Shown here: positions 1-8,623 of the stretch, piece by piece | Numbering within the stretch: the stretch's first letter is position 1 | How the letters are laid out: each line of letters starts with the position of its first letter | Source: Flavobacteriales bacterium | Lineage (GTDB): Bacteria; Bacteroidota; Bacteroidia; Flavobacteriales_F; PHOS-HE28 | Length of the DNA: 64,000 nt | Assembly: GCA_019638115.1 (NCBI GenBank) | Contig: JAHBUK010000002.1 | Span: forward strand, 5,867 to 69,866 | Direction of reading: 5' to 3' | Made by a program: the position numbers and the translations under genes | Notes under the pieces: model-generated | The model's database searches: none | Told to the model about the DNA's origin: nothing | The model's input: only the letters and a program-made list of their open reading frames with translations

Positions 1-406
1 GGGTGCGGCCTTCCAGCCCCAGGGCCTGCGACCACAGCCCCAGCAGCGCCTCCTCGATGGGGCCATGCGCGCGGCCGATGCAGCTGCGGTAGGCGGGCAC
101 CACGCGATGGATGCGCAACTGCCGCTGGAAGAGGATGTCCTCCTGCACGGACACCAGCAGGTCCAGCATGTCGGGGTCCACGCTCTGGCACTGCTGCATG
201 CGGCGGGCGATGTCCGCGGCCCGCTCCAGGTGGTGCTCCAGCAGCAGGTCGGTGAAGATGGCGAGGTCCGCGAAGTGGTGGTAGAACGAGGACTTGCTCT
301 TGCCGATGGACCGCGCGATGTACTCGATGCGCAGCCCGGCCGGACCCTCGCGGGCGAAGATCCCGTAGGCGGCCTCGATCCAGGGGCGGGCGGTGTCGGG
401 GAGCAT
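1..406 (-). CDS. TetR/AcrR family transcriptional regulator (partial; C-terminus lies beyond window start)
   Basis: Minus-strand translation from ATG (complement of 404-406) gives MLPDTARPWIEAAYGIFAREGPAGLRIEYIARSIGKSKSSFYHHFADL..., a typical TetR N-terminal HTH. The + strand ORF 65..583 is antisense to it. Confidence 0.7.
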   Translation of the reverse strand, partial: MLPDTARPWIEAAYGIFAREGPAGLRIEYIARSIGKSKSSFYHHFADLAIFTDLLLEHHLERAADIARRMQQCQSVDPDMLDLLVSVQEDILFQRQLRIHRVVPAYRSCIGRAHGPIEEALLGLWSQALGLEGRT

Positions 407-414
407 GGCGCGCG

Positions 415-903
415 TCAGGGCCTGAAGGTGTACGGCGCACCGTTGATCAGGAAACTGTGCGAACGCGTCTTCCCGCCGGCTTCCAGGTGTACCACGTTCT
501 CCTGCTCATCGAAGAGGTCCTGCAGCAGCGTGTTGTGGACCGTGAGCGCGCCCAACGTAGGGATGCCCTCCACCTGCAGGTAGCAGTACAGGTCGTCGAA
601 CTCCACTTGCTTGCCGAGGTAGCGCGGCTCGATCGGCTGGCCGTCCATGCTCAGCTTCAGGTGCCGCAGGAGGTACCCGGCGATGAGGCTGTCGGCCTCG
701 GGCAGTTCGCGTTCGGTACCCAGTTTCAGGTCGCGGTCACCGCTCTCGCTCAACAGCGTGTGCTCGATGTCGTGGGTCGTCATCCGCCAGGTGATGTCCA
801 GCGTGCGGGTCTCCGGGTTGTGCCGGATGGTGCAGATGGAGACGTAGAAGTCGTGCAGGAGCAGCGCTCCGATCGACCCCAGTGCAAGGAGCAAGGTCTT
901 CAT
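415..903 (-). CDS. secreted hypothetical protein (DUF6702-like, begins HDFYVS after signal peptide)
   Basis: The ORF trimmed to the MKTLLLALGSIGALLL signal peptide. The mature N-terminus HDFYVSICTIRHNPE resembles Bacteroidota DUF6702 proteins that often neighbour M1 peptidases. Confidence 0.55.
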   Translation of the reverse strand: MKTLLLALGSIGALLLHDFYVSICTIRHNPETRTLDITWRMTTHDIEHTLLSESGDRDLKLGTERELPEADSLIAGYLLRHLKLSMDGQPIEPRYLGKQVEFDDLYCYLQVEGIPTLGALTVHNTLLQDLFDEQENVVHLEAGGKTRSHSFLINGAPYTFRP

Positions 904-921
904 GTACCGCAAAGTTGGGGA

Positions 922-1058
922 GTAGTGGCGAGTGGCGAGTATCGAGTGGCGAGTGAATGCCCCCATCAAAAACGTTCGTCACAGGGGCATTCACTCGCCA
1001 CTCGGCGGGCAGACCAGCGCGCGGGCACTCGCCACTCGCCACTCAAGACTCGCCACTA
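922..1058. repeat. composite palindromic element: tandem GTGGCGA heptamers - AATGCCCCC...GGGGCATT core - inverted tandem heptamers
   Basis: The arms gtggcgagtggcgagtatcgagtggcgagtg and cactcgccactcg...cactcgccactcgccactc are seen directly. The same element type recurs at 19075-19185. Confidence 0.75.
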
Positions 1059-1069
1059 TCTTCGCCAAC

Positions 1070-3391
1070 ATGCATTGGAAGTACGCCCTCCCGGCCCTCG
1101 CCCTCATCGCCATCTGCACGACCGCCCTCGCCCAGGACTCCCCCCGCTACGGACGCGACAAGTTCCGCCAGCTGGAATGGGAACTGCCCACGCCCAACAC
1201 CTATCGCACGGCCAGCGGCGCACCCGGCCACCAGTACTGGCAGCAGAAGGCCGACTACGACATCCGCGTGGAGCTCGACGACGACAAGCAGACCATCACC
1301 GGCAGCGAGACCGTCACCTACTACAACTACAGTCCCGACAAGCTCGATTACCTCTGGATCCAACTGGACCAGAACATGCGCGCCAAGGACAGTGACAGCC
1401 ACAAGATCCGCACGGGCACCCTCAGCGATTCCATGTCGGTGGAACAGCTGGCCCGCATGGTGGACGTGTTCGACGGTGGCTTCCGCATCACCAAGGTCAC
1501 CGATGCCAGCGGCAAGGCGCTGAAGTACACCATCAACAAGACCATGATGCGCATCGACCTGCCGCGCACCTTGGCGCCCAACGCCTCCTACAGCTTCAAG
1601 ATCGATTGGTGGTACCCCATCAACGACCGCATGAAGTACGGCGGCCGCTCGGGCATGGAGTACTTCGAGGAGGACGGCAACTACATCTACACCATCGCGC
1701 AGTTCTTCCCGCGCATGGCCCTTTACGCCGACTATCAGGGCTGGCAGCACAAGCAGTTCCTCGGCCAGGGCGAGTTCACCCTCACCTTTGGCGACTACAA
1801 GGTGGCCATCACCGTGCCGAGCGACCACATCGTCACCGCCACCGGCACGCTGCAGAACGAAAGTGCCGTGCTCACCGCCACCCAACGCGAACGCCTTGGC
1901 CGCGCCCGCATGGCCCGTGAACCGGTGATGATCGTGACCGAAGCCGAGGCCCGCGAAGCCGAAAAGAAGAAGGCCACCGGCAAGAAAACGTGGGTCTTCC
2001 AAGCGAAGAACGTGCGCGACTTCGCCTTCGCCAGCAGCCGCAAGTTCATCTGGGACGGCATGAACCAGCCCGTGGGCGGCAACAACGTGCTGTGCATGAG
2101 CCTCTATCCCAAGGAGGGCAATCCGCTGTGGGAGCGGTACAGCACCAAGGTGGTGGCCCACACCGTGAAGACCTACAGCAAGTACACGGTGGATTACCCG
2201 TACCCCGTGTGCATCAGCGTACACACCGACCGCATCGGCATGGAGTACCCCATGCTCAGCTTCAACGGCGGGCGGCCGGAGAAGGACGGCACCTACAGCG
2301 AACGCACCAAGTACGGCATGATCGGCGTGATCATCCACGAGGTAGGGCACACCTTCTTCCCGATGATCATCAACAGCGACGAGCGGCAGTGGACTTGGAT
2401 GGACGAGGGCCTGAACACCTTCGTGCAGTACCTCACCGAGCAGGAGTGGGACCACGACTACCCCAGCCGCCGCGGGCCCGCACGCCACATCGTGGACTAC
2501 ATGAAGGGCGACAAGAGCGGCATTGAGCCCATCATGACCAACAGCGAGAGCATCACCCAGTTCGGCAACAACGCATACGGAAAGCCCGCCACCGCGCTCA
2601 ACATCCTGCGCGAAACGGTGATGGGTCGCGAGCTCTTCGACCACGCCTTCAAGACCTACTGCGAGCGCTGGAAGTTCAAGCACCCCACGCCGGCCGACTT
2701 CTTCCGCACCATGGAGGACGCCAGCGCCGTGGACCTTGACTGGTTCTGGCGCGGCTGGTTCTTCACCACCGACCATGTGGACATCGCCCTCACCAACCTG
2801 CGCTACATGCAGGTAAAGCCGCTTGACCCCAAGGCCCGTGAAGAACTCGCCCGCAGCGACCGCGCCGCGCAGCCACGTGAACTGGGCAACGAGCGCAACC
2901 GCGAAGCCTTCGAGACCGTGGTGATGCGCGACCCCGCCACCCGCGACTTCTACAACAGCTACGACCCGCTCACCGCCACGCCACGCATGCAGGAGGCCTA
3001 CGACCGCATGATGGCGCGCCTCACGCCCGATGAGAAAGCCCTGCTGGAGCGCGACCTGCACTTCTACGAGCTCAGCTTCGAGAACATCGGTGGGCTGGTG
3101 ATGCCGCTGATCCTGGAGTGGACCTACGCCGATGGCAGCACCGAGATCGAGCGCATCCCCGCCGAGATCTGGAAGACCAGCGACCGCATCAGCAAGGTCT
3201 TCATCAAGGAGAAGGAAGCTACCGGCGTGGTGCTCGATCCCTTCCTGGAGACCGCCGATACCGACCTGAACAACAACGCCTGGCCTCCGAGGATGGCGCC
3301 GACAAGGTTCGATGTGTTCAAGCGCGGGGAGTGGAGGGGTGGAAGGCCGAATCCCATGCAGGAGGGGCAGGGAGCGGGGAGCGGGCGCTGA
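1070..3391 (+). CDS. M1 family zinc metallopeptidase (aminopeptidase N-like), secreted
   Basis: It has the signal peptide MHWKYALPALALIAICTTALAQD. It has the HEVGH...(18 aa)...E zincin motif (IIHEVGHTFFPMIINSDERQWTWMDEGLNTF). It is about 773 aa. Confidence 0.85.
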   Translation: MHWKYALPALALIAICTTALAQDSPRYGRDKFRQLEWELPTPNTYRTASGAPGHQYWQQKADYDIRVELDDDKQTITGSETVTYYNYSPDKLDYLWIQLDQNMRAKDSDSHKIRTGTLSDSMSVEQLARMVDVFDGGFRITKVTDASGKALKYTINKTMMRIDLPRTLAPNASYSFKIDWWYPINDRMKYGGRSGMEYFEEDGNYIYTIAQFFPRMALYADYQGWQHKQFLGQGEFTLTFGDYKVAITVPSDHIVTATGTLQNESAVLTATQRERLGRARMAREPVMIVTEAEAREAEKKKATGKKTWVFQAKNVRDFAFASSRKFIWDGMNQPVGGNNVLCMSLYPKEGNPLWERYSTKVVAHTVKTYSKYTVDYPYPVCISVHTDRIGMEYPMLSFNGGRPEKDGTYSERTKYGMIGVIIHEVGHTFFPMIINSDERQWTWMDEGLNTFVQYLTEQEWDHDYPSRRGPARHIVDYMKGDKSGIEPIMTNSESITQFGNNAYGKPATALNILRETVMGRELFDHAFKTYCERWKFKHPTPADFFRTMEDASAVDLDWFWRGWFFTTDHVDIALTNLRYMQVKPLDPKAREELARSDRAAQPRELGNERNREAFETVVMRDPATRDFYNSYDPLTATPRMQEAYDRMMARLTPDEKALLERDLHFYELSFENIGGLVMPLILEWTYADGSTEIERIPAEIWKTSDRISKVFIKEKEATGVVLDPFLETADTDLNNNAWPPRMAPTRFDVFKRGEWRGGRPNPMQEGQGAGSGR

Positions 3392-3624
3392 GCGCAATAA
3401 GCACCTGATGGACGAAGCCGGGCTGCTGCCACAGTGGTACGCCCATCAGGACCAACGGCTGTGGGAGGAGCTGGAGGCATGGGTGGAGGAACACGGCCTG
3501 AAGCTGGCCGAAGGGTGAAGCCGAGCCGGTCCCCGGACGCTTGAGCGCTGCGCACGGCCGGATGCCGATCCATTGGGATGGGCCGGTCATGGTCCATGAT
3601 ACCCCAGCAATAACAGGCACTTTG

Positions 3625-3678
3625 GAAGAACCGCAGCCAAATGTGCCATCTGAAGCACACATTTGGCTGCGGATAACC
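3625..3678. repeat. hairpin repeat copy 1 (stem ccgcagccaaatgtgcc / ggcacatttggctgcgg)
   Basis: This is a perfect roughly 18-bp inverted repeat with a roughly 14-nt loop. Three copies share the stem sequence. Confidence 0.75.
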
Positions 3679-3840
3679 ACGGCCGGCGGATGGGTGAAAG
3701 GGCGAGCGCATGCTGCTGGTAAGGCATGCTGGGGGAATGCCCGGCACGAACGATGCTCCAAAGCCGACCGATGGCCGGACAGGCATTGCGGACCATCCAT
3801 ATATCTGGGTTCGTAAGTGCTTGTATTTATTGGGTGTTCA

Positions 3841-3893
3841 GAAGAACCGCAGCCAAATGTGCCATCATGAGCATACATTTGGCTGCGGATAAA
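3841..3893. repeat. hairpin repeat copy 2, immediately upstream of ATPase gene
   Basis: gaagaaccgcagccaaatgtgccatcatgagcatacatttggctgcggataaaag is near-identical to copy 1. Confidence 0.75.
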
Positions 3894-3906
3894 AGACTTG
3901 CACATC

Positions 3907-5322
3907 ATGCTTATCGGCCGGGAAGAGGAGCGCGACATTCTCCTGGATGCCTTGTCATCCGGGCATTCCGAGCTGATCGCCATCTATGGAAGACGGCGCA
4001 TCGGCAAGACTTACCTGATCCGCGAAGTGTATGCCGGCAAGGTGGACTTCGAGTTCTCGGGCATGCACCGGGGCACGCTCCGGCAGCAGCTCAAGAACTT
4101 CCACCTGGTGCTGCCCGCACGGCTGCGCAAGGGTGGCCCGCCCACCGACTGGCTGGATGCCTTCGCGCTCCTGGGGCGCTACATCGACGGACTTCGAAGC
4201 AAGCGGAAGAAGGTGCTCTTCATCGATGAGTTCCCATGGCTGGACACTCACCGGAGCGGTTTCCTGGCCGCCTTCAGCCACTTCTGGAACGGCTACTGCA
4301 GCAAGCGGAAGGACATCGTGGTGGTGATCTGCGGGTCGGCGGCCAGCTACATGGTGCAGCGCGTGGTGAACAACAAGGGCGGACTGCACAACCGGCTTAC
4401 ACGGCGGATCCGACTGGCACCCTTCAACCTGCGCGAGACGGAGCAAATGCTGCAACACAGGAAGGTGCGGTTCACACGCTACGATATCATACATCTGTAC
4501 ATGGCGCTCGGCGGAGTGCCCTACTATCTGCAACTGCTGAAACGGGGCGAAAGCATGGCCCAGGCCGTCGACCGGCTGTGCTTCCAGCCGCAGGGCTTCC
4601 TGCGTGGAGAGTTCCACAACGTGTTCGCCTCGCTGTTCGACCATGCCGGCAACCACGAGGCCATCGTACGTGCATTGGCCGGTGTGCGCAAGGGCCTCAC
4701 ACGCACCGCCATCCTGCGCAAGAGCAAGGTGTCGTCTGGTGGCACCCTCACCAAGACGCTCAGTGAACTGGAGGAGTCGGGCTTCATAGAGAAGTATGTG
4801 CCCTACGATGCGAAGAAGGACCCGTTGTACCGCATAACGGATGAGTACACGCAGTTCTACCTGCGCCATGTGGAGGGCGGCAAACCGGTAAGGCGCGCCT
4901 ACTGGGCAAAGGAGATGGGTACACCAGCTTATCGGGCTTGGAGCGGATTCACCTTCGAGACCATCTGCATGAAGCATGTGGAGCAGATCAAGGCGGCGCT
5001 GGGCATCCAGGGTGTGCGCTCCACGGAGGGTAGTTGGATCGGCAAGGGCGATGAAAGCGGTGCACAGGTGGATCTGCTCATAGACCGCGACGACAACGTG
5101 ATCAACCTCTGTGAGATGAAGTTCGCGAACGGGCCCTTCACCATCGACAAGAAGTATGCGAAGGACCTGATGGCCAAGAGCGAGGCATTCCGTTCATCCA
5201 CGCGTTCGAGGAAGAGCATCTTCATCACTTTCGTAACCACCCATGGTGTGGCTCAGAACGCGTACAGCAGCCAGTTGGTGCAGAACGATGTGCGCATGGA
5301 GGCTCTTTTCGAGGAGTATTAA
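3907..5322 (+). CDS. AAA family ATPase (Arch_ATPase/ATPase_2 + DUF234-type ATP-binding protein)
   Basis: It has Walker A GRRRIGKT and Walker B VLFIDEF. The overall architecture matches the widespread 'ATP-binding protein' PF01637+PF03008 family. A TTG start at 3898 is an alternative. Confidence 0.8.
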   Translation: MLIGREEERDILLDALSSGHSELIAIYGRRRIGKTYLIREVYAGKVDFEFSGMHRGTLRQQLKNFHLVLPARLRKGGPPTDWLDAFALLGRYIDGLRSKRKKVLFIDEFPWLDTHRSGFLAAFSHFWNGYCSKRKDIVVVICGSAASYMVQRVVNNKGGLHNRLTRRIRLAPFNLRETEQMLQHRKVRFTRYDIIHLYMALGGVPYYLQLLKRGESMAQAVDRLCFQPQGFLRGEFHNVFASLFDHAGNHEAIVRALAGVRKGLTRTAILRKSKVSSGGTLTKTLSELEESGFIEKYVPYDAKKDPLYRITDEYTQFYLRHVEGGKPVRRAYWAKEMGTPAYRAWSGFTFETICMKHVEQIKAALGIQGVRSTEGSWIGKGDESGAQVDLLIDRDDNVINLCEMKFANGPFTIDKKYAKDLMAKSEAFRSSTRSRKSIFITFVTTHGVAQNAYSSQLVQNDVRMEALFEEY

Positions 5323-5368
5323 CCGCAGCCAAATGTGGCATTCAAGAGGCACATTTGGCTGCGGTTAA
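5321..5368. repeat. hairpin repeat copy 3, overlapping ATPase stop codon; lies between convergent genes
   Basis: aaccgcagccaaatgtggcattcaagaggcacatttggctgcggtt has the same stem family. It likely acts as a bidirectional terminator. Confidence 0.7.
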
Positions 5369-5410
5369 TTGGAATGCCATGCGGCACGAGGATTGGTAAA
5401 ATGCGTTTCC

Positions 5411-6274
5411 TTAGCCCACCACCCACAAAACTCCCTTCTCCAGCCGGAACCGCACTTCATGCCCGATCTCCATCGGCTCGCCATCCAGGTGGGCCAGCGT
5501 ACCGCCCTGCTTCACGTACGCGTTGGTGGCCGGGATGTTGAGCAGGTTGGGGTTGCTGTCCGCGCGGTGGGTGTACACGTCGTAGAAGGCCTTCACCAGT
5601 TGGAAGAACGGTGGCTTACGGACAAGGCGCAATTCCGCGATGCCATCGTCAGGCTTGGAAGAAGGGCTTATGTCCGCGCCATTGCCGAACTCGCGGGTGT
5701 TGCAGAACACGAGCATCAGCACATCTTCCTTGATCGTTTTGCCATCCACGGTCAGTTCAATGGGCATGGGGGGCGTACCGAAGATGTCCTGCACGGTGAT
5801 GCGCGCATAGGTGAACATGCCGCGCGTGCGGCTCTTGTCGAACTTGTCCGCCACACGCGCATCGAAGCCGATGCCTGCGGTGCCGAGGAAGGGATGCTCG
5901 TTGAGGTAGCAGACATCCATGCGTTTGGGTGTTCCGCTGAAGGCGTGGCGCAATGCAGGCTCGGGCTTCAGGGGCAGGCCGATGGAGCGCGCATAACCGT
6001 TGCCACTGCCCATGGCCACGATACCCAGCGCCACGTTGGTGCCGATGAGGCCTGCGGCGATGGCGTTGTTGGTACCATCGCCACCTACGCTGATCACGCG
6101 TTCGCAACCGCTCGCAACGGCCTCCTTCGCCAGGGCGGTGCCGTGTCCCGGTCCTTCCACGGTGCGGATGTCGAGTTGCACCCCCATTTCCGCAGCAATG
6201 CGTTCGGCAAGGGCACGCACCGTAAGCGCCTGCTTCTTCCCCGAGCGGGGATTCATCACCAGCATCGCTTTCAT
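5411..6274 (-). CDS. diacylglycerol kinase catalytic-domain lipid kinase (YegS/DagK family)
   Basis: It has the MKAMLVMNPRSGKK N-terminus and the GGDGT motif (VISVGGDGTNNAIAAGL). Its start overlaps the stop of the upstream LtaS-like gene. Confidence 0.8.
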   Translation of the reverse strand: MKAMLVMNPRSGKKQALTVRALAERIAAEMGVQLDIRTVEGPGHGTALAKEAVASGCERVISVGGDGTNNAIAAGLIGTNVALGIVAMGSGNGYARSIGLPLKPEPALRHAFSGTPKRMDVCYLNEHPFLGTAGIGFDARVADKFDKSRTRGMFTYARITVQDIFGTPPMPIELTVDGKTIKEDVLMLVFCNTREFGNGADISPSSKPDDGIAELRLVRKPPFFQLVKAFYDVYTHRADSNPNLLNIPATNAYVKQGGTLAHLDGEPMEIGHEVRFRLEKGVLWVVG

Positions 6275-8181
6275 TCCGAAGCGGGTTGTGCCACCAACGC
6301 GCCGCGCATCAGGTGGTGGTTGAATTGTTGGATGGCGGCTTTCAAGCGTTGCTCCAGGTTGGTGGCCATGGCCGTACGTGCCTCTTCGCTCAGTGTGTCG
6401 TCGATCATGCGCTGGTCCACCACACGTTCTCCATCGAATTGCAGTTGCATGTGCGCGTTGGTGATGGAGTAGATGCCGTTGGCCGACCAGATGGCCACGC
6501 CCTGATGCGTGTTGCGCAGGGCGCTGCTGCCGAAGCTGAACACGGGTCGTTGCTGCCCTGTGAGATCGAGCACTGTGGGCAGGATGTCGATGTGCTGGGT
6601 GACCGCATCGCGCGCTTCGCCCACCAAGGGGTTGGGATGCTCCGATACTGCAACACCAGGTGCGTAGTAGAGTAGCGGCACCCAGTAGTCGATCGGCAGG
6701 TCGCCGTGTGCACCGGTGCGTTCCAGATCGGCGGTATGGTCGGCGGTGATCACGAACAAGGTGTTGGCATACCAAGGCATGGTGCGCGCCGTGGCGAAGA
6801 ACTGGCGCAGCGCATCATCGGTGTAGCGCAACGTGGGGTGGATGGCCTGTGTGCCTCCTGCGAAACGTTCGGCCTCTTCCTTGGGCAGGCGGTAGGGGTG
6901 GTGGCTGCTCAGTGTGAACACCGTGCTGAGGAAGGGTTCCTGTTCCTTGGCCAACTCTTGCGCCCAGAACTGCAGGAAGGGCCGGTCGCGGATGCCCCAG
7001 TTGCCATCGTAGTCCTCCTTACCGTTGGGGTATTCATCCATGCCCACATAGCGCTGGAAGCCCGCCGAGCGCGTGAAACCATCGAAGCCCATGGTGCCAT
7101 TGCGTCCCCCGTGGTAGAAGCTGGTGTGGTAGCCATCGGCCGCGAAAACACTGGCCAGTGAGGTGAAAGGGATGCTGGCGTAGCGGGAGGTGAGGAAGGC
7201 CTCGTCCATCAGTTCGGGCATGCTGGCGAGGATGGCCGGCACGCCGTCGATGCTGCGGCGCCCGTTGGCATAGGCCCGGGTGAAATTGAGGCTGTGGCCC
7301 ATCAGGGAATCAAGGAAGGGCATGTAGCCCTCGCCGCCCGAAAGGGTGCCGCTGTAAGCTGCGGAGAAGCTTTCCAGGATGATGACCACGACGTTGGGCT
7401 TGCGAGTGGAGGCCGTGTACTCGAAGGGCTGGTGCTCCCTGTTGGGCTGATGCACCACGGGCCACAGGCGATCGGCTTCCTCACGGGGCATGTAGATGCG
7501 CTCCTCCAAGCTGGGCTTGCCGATGCTCATGAGCATGGTGTAGGGCGTGTTGAGCACCACGGGCAGGTTGGCGGCCCCGCCATATCGCGCGCCATCCAAG
7601 GGTTGCAGCGGAATGAGCTGGGTGCCCCCCCGCGAGGCCAGTACCACCAACGCAATGGCAAGCACCCGCCAGCCGATCCGCCAGGGTAGTTTGATCGTGT
7701 CCCCCTTATCCAAGCGTCCGATGCGGCGGTAGCCCCAGGCCACAAGTACCATGGCCACTGCGAAGGCCAGCAGCAGGTACCAGTAGTCGCGCAGGAAGGC
7801 CGGGACCAGGTTGAGCATGTCGCCACCGGCCCCGATGATGTTGAAGAGGTCGCTGGTGCTGCGCTTGAGGGTGAAGGCGTAATAGCCGACATCCACGGTG
7901 TTGAGGAGAAGCCCCAAGGCGCTGGCAACCAGGAAGAAGGCCAGTTGGATGCGTTCCATGCCGGTGCCGGGGCGTGGGGAGAACAGCACCAGCAGCAGCC
8001 AAGGCAGGTACAACCATGCGATGGCGAACAGGTCGAAGCGCATGCCGCCGAGGTATGCCGTGAGCGGCACATCGGGGAAGAGTGCGGCATTGTGCCACAC
8101 GAAGAGCAGGCGCAGCAGGGTGTACAGCGCGGCCACCAGCCCCAGTCGGAGCAGCAGTACGGACAGGGGACCGACGCGCAT
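6271..8181 (-). CDS. LTA synthase family protein / sulfatase (alkaline-phosphatase superfamily, N-terminal polytopic membrane domain)
   Basis: It has about five N-terminal TM helices, then a sulfatase-like domain (VVVIILESFSAAYSG, SSHHPY, ITADHT). I chose the start at MRVGPLSVLLL. The longer ORF to 8529 looks like non-coding leader. Confidence 0.75.
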   Translation of the reverse strand: MRVGPLSVLLLRLGLVAALYTLLRLLFVWHNAALFPDVPLTAYLGGMRFDLFAIAWLYLPWLLLVLFSPRPGTGMERIQLAFFLVASALGLLLNTVDVGYYAFTLKRSTSDLFNIIGAGGDMLNLVPAFLRDYWYLLLAFAVAMVLVAWGYRRIGRLDKGDTIKLPWRIGWRVLAIALVVLASRGGTQLIPLQPLDGARYGGAANLPVVLNTPYTMLMSIGKPSLEERIYMPREEADRLWPVVHQPNREHQPFEYTASTRKPNVVVIILESFSAAYSGTLSGGEGYMPFLDSLMGHSLNFTRAYANGRRSIDGVPAILASMPELMDEAFLTSRYASIPFTSLASVFAADGYHTSFYHGGRNGTMGFDGFTRSAGFQRYVGMDEYPNGKEDYDGNWGIRDRPFLQFWAQELAKEQEPFLSTVFTLSSHHPYRLPKEEAERFAGGTQAIHPTLRYTDDALRQFFATARTMPWYANTLFVITADHTADLERTGAHGDLPIDYWVPLLYYAPGVAVSEHPNPLVGEARDAVTQHIDILPTVLDLTGQQRPVFSFGSSALRNTHQGVAIWSANGIYSITNAHMQLQFDGERVVDQRMIDDTLSEEARTAMATNLEQRLKAAIQQFNHHLMRGALVAQPASE

Positions 8182-8623
8182 GGCGGCGAAGATCGGCACA
8201 AGGTGCCGATCGTAGGGGCGGACGATCGTCCGCCCGCCGCCATACACCAGAAAGACGATCGTTCGCCCGCCGCAGTGCGCAGGACCAAGCCGTAACACCA
8301 CATTCAGCAGCAAGATGTAAGCACGAACGTGGGCCCCGCGCCCGGGATGGAAGCGGCGGCTGGCCGTAGGACGGGCCATGGCAGGGCGTGGAGCGAGGAG
8401 GCCCCGACGGTAGGAGGGGACCCCGGAGCCCCGCCATGCCAGGACCGGACAAGGACACCACAGCGGACAGCCCGATAAGGCGCCCCGAGCAACATCCACA
8501 ACCCGGTGCTGGTATCTGTGCTGTACCAAGCGAGTTGCAGATGTAACGCAGATACCTTTGCCGCACCATTCGGATACCGAAGATCATTTTCTGATCTTCT
8601 GATCGTCCGATCATCTGATCGAC

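Noticed and set aside
65-583. 172-aa + strand ORF at window start
   Set aside because: It is antisense to a clear TetR-family N-terminus on the minus strand (1-406). Its Ala/Gly/His-rich composition is typical of a spurious GC-rich ORF.
1043-3397. 784-aa minus-strand ORF
   Set aside because: It lies entirely antisense to the M1 peptidase gene, which has the HExxH-E motif. This is a high-GC antisense artefact.
3406-3518. 37-aa ORF MDEAGLLPQWYAHQDQRLWEELEAWVEEHGLKLAEG downstream of the M1 peptidase
   Set aside because: It is plausible but too short, and there is no supporting motif. I left it uncalled.
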